Assembly: GCF_039654945.1 (NCBI RefSeq)
Contig: NW_027361697.1
Coordinates: 33,852,001-33,916,000, forward strand
Source: Dendrobates tinctorius
Taxonomy: Eukaryota
Reading direction: 5' to 3'
DNA length: 64,000 bases
A model generated the notes under the pieces. The model did no database searches and was not told the DNA's origin. It worked only from the letters and a program-made list of their open reading frames with translations. The position numbers were made by a program, and so were the translations under genes. Below, in pieces: positions 26,547 through 38,800 of the stretch; the stretch's first letter is position 1; every line of letters begins with the position of its first letter.

Positions 26547-26821
26547 TCACACAACGTGGACTGATTTCAGCATGTCGGCAAGAACAAAGGTTTCATCCCA
26601 CAACATCCCCGGTCTCTTCAACTGTTTCTCCAAGCTTCTTGCAGACTCCTTAAGATCAGCGAGGTCACAACTTTGTCCAGAAACAGGACGGCAAAAAAGG
26701 ATTTCATTCACTTCATCCTCAATCTTTTGCACATAAATAAGAGGGAAAACCTCATGAATAGTATTTATCACTTTCTTCTTCAACACAGGGTCACGGCACA
26801 CCAGGTTTAGAATAAAGATTC
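26547..26821 (-). CDS. METTL13: METTL13 exon 8 (275 nt coding to TGA)
   Basis: tttttag|[11 protein letters not shown]...[10 protein letters not shown]...SVHVV*. Confidence 0.95.
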
Positions 26822-29800
26822 CTAAAAAGAACAGAAGACGGCTTTATAAGTTACACAAGTAGTCACATTATCACTAGGCAATAACCTTACCAAAAAGCTC
26901 CATGTTTATGCTAGGTTCACAAATATACCGTGCTCTCCTCTGAGCAGAGAGTCAAGGTTTCTATTGGAATCTTTGAAAAACAAGATTCTAACGGAGCCAT
27001 TCACTATTAGGTAAAAGAACAGAATAATCCAGCTCACCGCACTGCCTTGCTGGTAGGATCCAAATCCTGCACACGGATTTGACTAGGCAGTCAATCAATA
27101 GTAGAAACAAGGGAAGAAAGTTCCAGCGCCAGGAATGGAAAATTAAAAATCCATTTTATTGTGCCAATGCATATTAAAATTCCAGCAAGTACAGCATATC
27201 AGTCGGATGACTGCAGAACAACGCGTTTCGACGCCTCAGGTCTTAATCATGTTCTGATTAATCATGTTGAACATGATTAAGACCTGAGGCGTCGAAACGC
27301 GTTGTTCTGCAGTCATCCGACTGATATGCTGTACTTGCTGGAATTTTAATATGCATTGGCACAATAAAATGGATTTTTAATTTTCCATTCCTGGCGCTGG
27401 AACTTTCTTCCCTTTTTTCTACCATTCACTATTAGGGCACATTCAGACGTATGTGCAGATCGGTTCGAGAACAGATCAATTTGCATGGACGTCTGAATGC
27501 GCCCTTAGGGAATGTGCACACTATAGGGCCAATTCGCCAAAGCTTTTATGCCAGAACACTGTTGCAAAAGCGACAATTGTGCACGACATGGCGTTGCACA
27601 AAAATTGCTACTTTTGGCATTCACCAATTTGAATAAGCCAAAATGGACAAAGCCAGGGCGGGATGGGGCATGACTGCGCTCACCCATTCCATGCACACAC
27701 CAAAAACACTACTTCAGTCCCTGCATTTATGGCACATCTCTTAATGAATTCATTGCCTTGTACTCCAGCAAGACTGACACAATGTGAGGGTGCCAGTCTT
27801 GGTGAATCTGCTCCGGAGCCTTTTTGCTGAATTTTTGAAGCGTAAACTCCAAGGGGGCGATTCACCGAGTCCGGCAATTCTCTTGCCGGTCTTAGAGTGC
27901 CTATAGGAGCAGACGCTGATTTATTGAGAGGTGCATGCGCCTCCTTATTTATTATGGCAGCAAAGATTCTCATAAGACACCACCACTTTGACAATATTTC
28001 TCCACAAGGAGATATTTGTCATCATCTACTATGTCCACCTCATAATAGCTGGTCCATAGCTGGGAAAACTCGCTCCCAGGTTTCTAGCATGGTGTGACCA
28101 GCCTCATCCTCATGGAAGCCCTAACATACATATTTTAGGTTTCCTGCGATGGAATTTTGAGTAAAGCGAATGTAAGAAACAAAAAAGTAAAGTGGACCTG
28201 TCATAAGACACAATTGTCCACCTTTTGCTCTCATTATATTCCCTCTGCCCCCAGAGTATTCAGCTTTTGGGTGGTTTTTTTTTCGCTGTTCTACAGATAC
28301 AGAGATGTTGGCCTTTTTACCGAGTGCCAACTTATGTTTTTTACATCGAGGCGTGGCTCACAGGATCCTCTGGGGCATGTCTTTAGGCTACTATGCATAA
28401 TTTCTCTGCCAGCCATACCCTCTTTGGGAAGACCATAAAAAAAAAGCATTGATAAAAAAAAAAAAATAATACTCAAGGGGGCAACATGAACTGCTGACCT
28501 AGTGACAGCACCTCCAACTTAATCCCCCATCTGTGCATCCCACAGATGTCAACTTGAACTGTTATAATCTGTAGCGTGTAGTGAGTCATGTACCACCCAA
28601 CTATAGTCCCGAAATTAATACATGACCAACTTCAGAACTACATAACGGTAGAATGAATACCTCCATATGAATTTTTTTTCCCCCAAATATGACCCCAGGT
28701 TTTTATTCCTGTGCATCTGAAACAAACTCCGTAAGGCCACCAGACTGATGTTTTCTCATACACATGTGGACGTGCTAGGCGTGACGTGCGGTAAGAGAAG
28801 CAATGAGATTCTCGCTCTTTACCATCATTCTTTAAGATCTTCTGGACACTTTGTAAAAACTTCTTCTCCACAAAAGCAGGAGGTGGGCAGCTCATACCAA
28901 GGCTGGAATCTTTACTGTCTACATCAAACATTATCACATCGTAGGGAACATTTCCTAGGGAGATGAAAAGTCTATTAAGGATTAAAGATTTATTGTACAC
29001 AACTGCTCATTGAATCCCTTTGGACCCAGCACCACTTATCTCACACAAGTGTTATCGCTCAGAGCAGCGACCACAATTTTGCAGGTTGATACTGCAGGTC
29101 CTCCTGCTTATTGGCACACACCTTATAGCTCCTAGAGAGCTTTTGGATAGTTAAAGGGGGTATTGCCATCTCAGCGTTATGGCAAATCACTAGAAATTCC
29201 ATGATATTTTAATCGACGAGTACGATTTCTAAATGAACATAAGAACAATGGGTCAGAGATCACTTGAGTCTATTGCCTGATCAGCAATCCTCCTGTCCAC
29301 CCATTGGATATGCCTTCAAAGGAATACCCTTTCAATGCTCAATGTATTTGTTTTTTGCATGGTGCCTGGTGTAAAGATAAAACTTCCAAGTCAAGTGAAT
29401 GGGAAGATCAAACTTTACTGAAAATGAAAAAGAACACCTGGGGGTTCAGGAGACGGGGGGGGGGGGGGGGAGAAACACACCATGTGCACTATAGGCATAT
29501 TTTCCCAAAAGAAAATAAACATGAATCTGTTCCAAAGTCCATATCAAAAAGCTCAGTGTGAACAAACACTCAGATTTCTGCAGGATAATGATTGCAGCTC
29601 TGGCATGTTCCAATCAGGAGTGGCGCTTACATAGAGGTGTGCAGAATAACAGAATTCTATATCTGGCTGTGAAGACCCTGTAAAAACACAAACAGAGTTA
29701 GGCCAAGTTCACACGTTCAGTATTTTACATCAGTATTTGTAAGTCAAAATCAGGAGAGGAGCAATCAGAGGAAAAGTATAATAGAAACACGTCACCACTT

Positions 29801-32800
29801 CTGTATTTATCACCCACTCCTGGTTCTGTCTTACAAATACGGAGGTAAAATACTGACTGAATACTGAACATGGCCTAATACTGGTTACGATTTGCTCGGT
29901 GTATCGAACATGATCCTGCTGTAATACATATTCGCTGAAAGTGTAAAAACTGATCTGAGAGTCTCAGACCTGCATAAAGAAAGCATAAAGCCTATTATTT
30001 CCTAATGCCCTTGCTCACCCCATAATATTTATTTAGAAATAGTACTTGTTGTTCTGATGCCAAATGCATTCAAAGGAGCCTTCTAGAAAAAAAAACAAAA
30101 AACTTCGGGTTATTCCCTGGAGAGTTCATCTCATCTTAATTAATAAGTAAAATTGTCAAATGCTCATAGAAACAAAAAAAATGCACAGTGGTTGTACAAA
30201 CCGTACAACAATGGAGGGATTCTTAAGTTTGTTGCTTGTTGCCTAGATTACCGGCTACTTTATCAGCTGTGGCTGGTCTCGTGGGCAAGGGGCATGTGCT
30301 TACAAGATCTTCTCTATAAATCTTACAAGTGCTAGTGTGAAGCTGGCCATATCACTGATTGTTACCAGCCACAGTCCTCCTGCGCTTCTCTGAAGCTGCA
30401 GATGCAAAGTTTCCTCTGCTTCCAGCAATGGAGAGCATGCAGTTCAGTCCAGAACCCGACCATGCCAGTGGCCCACACTGTCAATCAGGAGCGCATCACG
30501 CACCACCGCTGGCCAGAATGGAGGGGAAGGAGGAGAGGGATGTACTCCAGAAGATGAGTTAAAAAAAAAAATTAAGAAAAGATTTCAGCTTAGGACAAGT
30601 TCAGGGTAAGGGTAAAGGAAAAGGAAAAAAAAAAAAAGCTTACCTATTTCTGCCAGTTCATTTATATGAGCCAGACCATCGGCAAGATGAACCTTTAACC
30701 GATCATCTGGAGTGAAACCAAACCAGCGTCTGGCAACGTCCAGGACCGCAGAGTCTATTTCAACAGCTTCAACCTCTGAACCCAAGAAATAATCATGGAT
30801 AAAGAGGGACAGACTGCCTCCACCGAGTCCGACCACCAACACGGAGAGGTGATGCTCTGCAAAGGAAGAAATAAGATTCTATGAGACAGATCTGAATATC
30901 AGAAGTGCTAAACTAATCATCCTCGGTCTCTAGTCATCTAGGCTTAGCTTAAAGCAAATGATCATAACCCCTCATGCCCACGTGTGCAGCTCTGTACTCG
31001 GTTTGCAGCCCCCTCGTCTGGCAGGATGCGGGTCAGCGTACTCACACCCATCAGACATTGATAGATATGAAAATTTGATCAGAAAAAAAAAAAAAAAAAA
31101 AATCAATATTCCTCAAACTAGTTATCCAATGGCTTCTAAACAAAAATTAATTCTTAAAAAATCCTTTATTGTCAAATCTTTAAAAAAAAATGAGAAAAAA
31201 AAATCTCAAAAAGGCACAAAAAACACTGATTAATATTTAAAAAAAATCCAGCTTAAATATGATACCACGTCAGGCAGAGGTATATACTCTAATCTGACCC
31301 TGTAAGGCCCTATAATTCTTCCCTGCCTGACAGCGGAGGTTGGCACCCTCTTGGAACGCAAATGGCGCCCCCGCTCCACGGCGGCTGTCCCTACTCACCC
31401 TATTGAGGTCTGTGTCTAGAATATACCAGATTGCGGAACAAACAAATGGCTGAGTTCAATAAACCATACTCAGAAAACTCATGCCAAAAACCACCAATAG
31501 GATACATAAAAAAAAAAAAAAAAAGGGGTGAAATATTATAGCTGGAATAATCATTTTACGGGACATAGTGCATAGAGAGACAAATTACACTATGCTATCG
31601 GTCCCTATTTATGGCTAGCCCTACCTAGCAGCGGAGGTGTTTCACCCTAAGTTGTTCTGGTGCCCCCGCTCCACGTAGACTATCCCTTACTGACCCTCCA
31701 TAATATTAAGGATTTCTATAGGGGTACATATAGGGCCAAAAAAGCAATATTGAAAATTGCTATCACAAAAATCCCCCCAAATAAATCAAAAGTACGTCAA
31801 AACAGAATCCCCTTAATAAGGGGTGGGTTAATAATCATATGCCAATAGCGACCAATGATATCTATGGGAGATCAACCTTAACTTTTGAGATACCGGTTTC
31901 AACTAACAACAACATTATTCTCCCATGAAGAAAAAACCATTGGCAATATGACCCATACCATTCATGTTCCATAGAATTGCACTATGTCCAAAATCAAAAC
32001 CAGCAAAAAGTCATATAGATGTAACGTAGCTTATCACTAATAAAATATCGCCTCAACGCGTTTTCCTCCTAAGCACGGAGTTCATCGGGAGGCCCATGAT
32101 GCCAATAAATGCTCCCACAGAGCATCCGATGTTGCGCCTGGTTGCAATGTTTTTCAGTCAATTCCTAACTCGAATTTCCCTTATACACATAATATGATGC
32201 TTAGTCCAGAAACGACAGATATTTCGATATTAAATTATGCCAGCTAACATTATTTCACACTCCCTATCATTATGGAGTATAAAACCAAACCTGGGGCTAC
32301 TCCGGGATTGTGTAGGAGCGACAGTCCAGAAATCATTGCTTTATGATGTTCACAGCACAAGTAGCTCTTGTCAAGTACATGTGTGATCTCCGGCTCAGTC
32401 TTGTCATTTGCTTTCTGCTGCTTCTTCTTGTCTTTTCTCTTCTTTTTCAGACCTGGAATAAGAGAAACTACAATAATGAAAAGAATGTCGAGTCTACGGA
32501 GTTTCACACATCATTATCATGTCAACCAAAGTAACACTAAAGGTTTTTAATAGCTATTCTGTCACTTGTCGGGAATTAGGAAACAGATACAGCTATCACA
32601 ATTACTGATGATTACTTTACAGTTCATGTCGCATAACTATAGTTTAGGAGATTACATATATTATATACAATTCCAGTTGTGAGATTATACACACACAGTA
32701 AGCTTAAAGGAACATGAGAACATAGAAAAGGCAGAGTAGCTTTCAATTTTTTTTTTTTTTTATATTGAGATATATCAGATGTTTCTGGTAGTGAGACTGC

Positions 32801-35800
32801 CCATGCAAATCTATTTAAGAGAAAGCAACAATATGAGGTTCATATCGCGGGTGCTGTTGCATGTAGCTAAATGACAACCTAGGCAGATTTAAACCTTGCA
32901 GCCACATGCCAATTTTTGGCAAGAATTACCACTTTCGCTGGCAAGACACATTTTAAACATTTAATAAAAATACAAGGAAATCACAATAAGGTAACATTAT
33001 ATCCCACACCCATATAGCTCTCCATAGACATATCCTCAAGCTCAACTTTTCAGTAGAAAAAAAAAAAAAAAAAAAAATAATCTTCCTCTTAAACCAGAGC
33101 ATTCATATTCTCTCGACTGGTAAAGGGGCTGACAACAGGTCAGGTGGTGTACAGGGGGGAGAAATGACAGTGCCAGGGCTCTGCTAGCTATTCCTTACGT
33201 CAGGTGTAGTTTTCCTGTCTCGTGAGTCTTACCACTAGGAGTGTTACTGGGCAGCAGCCGAGCCTCAGACTGGACTACATTTTGGTTACTGAGGAAAATA
33301 AGGCGCCTGAAATAGCTTGTTCCATCCCCTCGTACGTCCTCCACCACATACTCCCCACTCATTTCACTCCTGCCACGATACTTGACTGTCCGGATACCAA
33401 TGTCTCCGCCAGCGGATAAAAAGGGAATCTGTGTAAAAGAGCCAAAGATGAATGTTATAAATCATGGTACAAATCCAAACCTAAATAAACCTACTTTCTT
33501 CACGACAGTACTGCATGAGAACAGTTCTATACAGGCTTGGACTGGCCCACAGAAGAACAGGAGAATCCTCTGGTGGGCCCCCATACAGGAGTGGGCCAGC
33601 ACCCGCTTATGTGACCAATACTTGGCACAATACACTTGATTCACCATATACAAAGAAAGGCGGCATCTTATTAAATTACCAATCAAGCCAATTTATTGCT
33701 AAAGAATTTTGTGAATGAGGATAAAGTCATATTTGAATGTAGATGAGAGGGGGGCTCTGGAGTTTTACAGGTGGTCCCTTGGCACCCCAGTCCGACACTA
33801 TACAAAAAGATACAAGCAAAACATAAACAGGTCCATAAACAGCACAGAACAAAAACAAATATATATTAAAAAATAAATAAATATGACAATTACAGTCCAG
33901 CAATTTATGCTGCAAATACTCCATTTGTAATGCAATGGAAAAAAAAAAAAAAAACAAAACGTTGCAGATCTGCATTTCTTGCATTTCTGCAGCAAAAGCC
34001 ACGTCGTTTGGTGGGGATTTTCCTCTCTGAGGATCTGCCCTTTTGGACGTACCCGGTCATTTTTTTTTGTTAATTTGGTTCATTTGTCCCTAGACCTTAC
34101 CTGCTGATTGTCAGGCAATCCTGGAGGAGCGAGTTCCAGCACTTTGGCTGACAACTCTGACTGAATAGCTTCCATGCTTTCATACTGCTGGTCTCTATGC
34201 AAGGCCACGAAAAGCAAACGACGAAACCCAACACTGCCTGCCAACTGTCTCCGTCCCATCTCTGAACCGAAAAGCCACTCCGTTTCCCTTCCTTGTGGGA
34301 CTATGAAATTGGTAGAAGGCAGAGACCATAAGACAAAAAAAAAAAATAATAGGGTTATCCACAAACAAACAGTATCATAGGATTAAAAATAAATGTATGA
34401 TCTGTGGAGATCCCACAGCCAACACCCCTATGAACACAAGAATCGCTCAGCGAGATTGGATGGAGGAGTCTGTGAACAGTAATTTTCAATCCTTGTCAAA
34501 AGGCCCCATCACACACAGCGATCTCACCGATTTTGTGATGCCACAGCGATCTCGCCAGTGAGATCGCTGTGTGTGACATGGATCAGTGACCGGCCCACCT
34601 GCCGGACATCACTGATCGTGCAGGATCGTCCTTGACCGTTTTATGATCGTTGGTCTCCCGCTGGCCAGCACGCATCGCTGCGTGTGGCAGTGGGAAAGCA
34701 ACGATCAGCGACGCTGCATGCTGGTATCTAAGGTAAACAACGGGTGTCCAAGAGCCGCGCGGCTCTTAGTTACCCACTGTTTACCCTAGATACCTGCTTG
34801 CTCGCTGGTCCTGATCGCTGGTGAGTCTGTCTAACGATGTCCCAGCGATCCCATTCACGTCGGATCGTTGGGACATCGTTGCGTGTAACGGGGCCTAAAG
34901 ATTCTCAATGGGATTTAGGTCAGGACTGTGACTGGGCCGTTCACGTACACACACACACACACACACAAATATGCCTTGATCTAAGCCATCCATTGTAGCT
35001 CTGGCAGTATGTTTAGGGTCATTGCCCTGCTGGAAGGTGAACCTATGCTTCAGTCCCCAGGTTTTCCATTTTCCTCCAGGATTGTCCAGTATTTAGCGCC
35101 ATCCATCTTCCCATCAACTTCCCTGTTCCTGAAGAAAAGCATTCCCAGAGCACAATGATGTCACCACCGTGTTTGACGGTAGGGGTGGTGTTCTCAGAGT
35201 GATGTGAAGTATCAGACTACAGGGGGCTGAATACAAACGCATATGACAAAGTTCTACAATTCTATTTTTGGCTGAAGCGGTCATGTGCGCCACAAATGTC
35301 ACATCACCCCTGTAGCCTGTGAATAAAAACCAGAGCTGCAGTACAGCGGTGTTTTGGAGAAGGGGAGGGTGAAAAAAACTGCAGAGATTTTTATTTTAAA
35401 CTAGAACAAGTCAATCATGAAAAATATAAGATTCCAGAAAACTCCTTTAAAATATATTCAGTTATAGAATATTGAATGAGGCCATGCGCATATACCTGTG
35501 TAGATCACACATACTGTAAAATAAAAGCTCATCTTGTAAGTACACACACACACACACACACACTTAAACATACATTTACAATTCCTGGGACGAGCTGTAT
35601 CCACCCACAGAGCACATAAGAACGATGCTACTGGCCTGTTAGAATCAGGAGAAGGATGGCTTCCGACTCTTACCAGCCAACACGGCAGCGTCACTTTGTT
35701 CTGTGAGGGTATACACGGCCTGAGTGATGTCTTTCAGGGGCTTCACAATCCTTGTTCTGCCTGCACAGAACTAGGATGCTGCAGCTGGATGTCACCAGGA

Positions 35801-38800
35801 GGATTGTGCGGCTCCCCTGTGAGATACCTCAGTCTGCAGACTATAGAGAGATGCTCATCTCACCTCATGGTAGCCAGACACCAGCTTTTGGAAGTGCTCA
35901 TGAGGAACCTTAGCCCATTCCTCAAGGTCAATGGCCTCCAGTTCACAAATATTCTTGGGTTGTCAAGTAAGAGGTCCAAAATGTTGAGAGGAGATCATAT
36001 TTGAAAGGATAAAAAAAAGGCATTGAGTGTCCATAGAGATAAAGCTAGAAGCAAAGTTCACAGTTTCAAAGTTAAAAGGGACACTGGCTTTACTACCTGG
36101 ACGGCTGACACCACATTCATGAAGAAGCGGGTGATCAAAAACATTCAAGTGACTGCAAAAAATCTGCAGCAAGATTTGGCAGCAGAAGGCACTGAAGTAT
36201 CAGTTTGTACAGAAAGGTGAATAATAAAACACTGAAGGTCTCCATGCCCAAACTCCAAGATGTACACCTTTACTGATCCAAAAGCATAAGAAATGTCATC
36301 TCCTATCTGCTCAAAATCACATAAATGAGCCACATAAGAAGTATGGGGATTCTTTACTATGGAGTCAAACAAACAAAAACTAACTTTTCAGATCTATGGA
36401 TCAGGTATGTCTGAAGAAGAAAGAGTGAAGCATATGCTGAGAAGAGCACCCCGCCTACAGTAAAGCATGGTGGCTTCTTGGTGATGCTCTGGGGCGGCTT
36501 TGCTTCCTCTGGCCATGGAAACCTACAGCATGGAGGATAAGAGGGATTCAATTAAGTATCAGGAAATCCTGAGACAAATCATCATGTCTTCTGTGAGGAA
36601 AGTGAAGCTTCAGCACCAATAAAACTTCCGACAGAACAATGAACCCAAGCACATGTCAAAGTCTACTAAGGCTTTGTATCCTGGAAAATTATGAAGTAGC
36701 CGCCAGTCACCTGACTTCAGCCCCATAGAAAATCTGTGATGGGATTTGAAGGCAGCAGTTGCAACATGCAAACACAAAAATATTAGTGAACCAGAAGTCA
36801 CTGTTCGCCAATAGTTCAAGCTACCACCAGGTCATAACAGTCACATGGGCTCTACTAGCTGCTTGTCTTGAAGGGGCGAATAATTGAGACTGAACACACT
36901 AGTGAATCAGTTGTGCTCAGCTACGGAAATATTTTTTCCCTCATTAGTTTATTGCAAACAGCAGAACATTTGTAAAGAATGCTAACAGACCCAATTTGCT
37001 ATACGGCTTGAATAATTTTGGTTGCAATTCATATTTCCAATTATTTAGGCAGCAAAAGGAAAAGGGAATACTCACTGATAAAAATAGCAAAGTGATTGGA
37101 GTGAGGAAGCCGTACTGTTGGACTATCCACCACATGGAAGGTATAACGTGTTCTTCCAGAAACCCCATCACATAAGTCTAATGACACCTCTGGAGAATTC
37201 TGGTTCTGGTTTAAGTGGCTCCGGATCAATGCGTAGCTCTGTCTCTCTTTCACCATGTCCATCAGTTCACTAGGGCTTCCACAACGAACAGATTTCCCAC
37301 CTTCATCCTCCGGCATCATCTCCAAGACTTGAGGGAGACCTGGCATCTCCTTAACTTTAGTCATCACAAATACAAAGACTGGCAAGGGAAACTGGCTACC
37401 GGACTTCTTACTGCTGCTCTCCGAGACCTGGTGAATACGAACCATCCATCCTCCTTGAGAAAACTGCGTGACCAACTTCTCCAGCACATGGGCTTGAGCC
37501 AGAGATACGCAGAGATAGCGCCCACCACACTGGAGAACTCGGCCAATCTCAGTCAATAATTTGGTAGCAGTTTCCAGGGTGCCAGCTTCGGTGTCAGTGA
37601 GGATTGCATCCAGTGTCCCTTTATCTAGCACAGCCTGGAAGTGGGAATCTGAAAAAGTAGTCTTGGTGGCGTCCATGAGTTGGTAAGTCATGTTGGGTCG
37701 CCGACCGGCATTGCGATCATTCATCTGACGAATGACTACCTCGCTTACATCAATGTTTGTCAAATTATGGCATCCGGCATCGTAGAGTCGTTCGCTCAGC
37801 TCAGAGTTGCCACATCCCACAACCAAGACCTGCAAGAAACATGTGAGGATAAAACAATGTAAGGCTCGGTGTGTCAGTGATTGGCACTGCTGCTGTGCCG
37901 CGCTGGGTTACAATCCAACCAAGGACCATATCTGGAAATTGTAACTTCTCCCCATGTCTGCACGTGTTTCCAGAGACACAGGGGGTCCCTGAGCATAGTG
38001 ATGACTTACCCACAGTACCAGATTGTTGGAGAGCCGACCCCTGGCATCTCCACAGATCAGCAGTTATTCGCTCCAGCGTCAGCCATTGGATGCAAACATT
38101 CAATGGAGCTGAACAACATTGCTCCATTCAACGAGCAGCAACCGCTGCCAAGTACTGGAGGACAGCTCCTAATCACATGAATAGGAGCCGATCTATAGGC
38201 TGAGACTGATGACCTGTCAGTGGAAAAGGTCATCCATGTTATATGCCTGAACAACCCCTTTAAGACCCGATTCGTTCTCTTCCACTTTCACACATGTCCC
38301 AGCAGCTGAATGTTTGTTTCAGGATTGCAATAAAAAGCATGTCTGGAAATGCGTACAGATATGTTCAGCTGACAGTGGATATGGAAACATCATTCACTTG
38401 TATCAGAACGATCCAAGTTTGCAAGGATTTAGCTGGAAAAGTCACATAGACCATCCCCAACATATTCACCATATATCATAGAGCCATCTAATAACAGAGC
38501 AACAGAGGAAACAGGTCTGCCAGCAGAATGCAGGCTGCCAGCTATCATGTCTGTTCTACACCTGCACCATGTCTGATGCAACAATCTAACATCAGCAGAA
38601 TAATCAGATCTCAGTAGAATGCAGGCTGTCACCTGTCCAAGCAGTTGAATACATTCAACATGTCACATACAGCAATCTAACAACAGAACAGGAGATGAAT
38701 CCACTGTCAGCAGAATGCAGGCTGCCATCTGCCTCCCAGCTGTACAAATGCACCATATCTAATAACAGCTGAATAACAAAATGTCAGCAGAATGCAGGCA

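Noticed and set aside
31321-31400. Twister or HDV-like ribozyme assignment of the repeated hairpin
   Set aside because: The required pseudoknot pairings and conserved loop residues could not be placed; kept as an unassigned motif.
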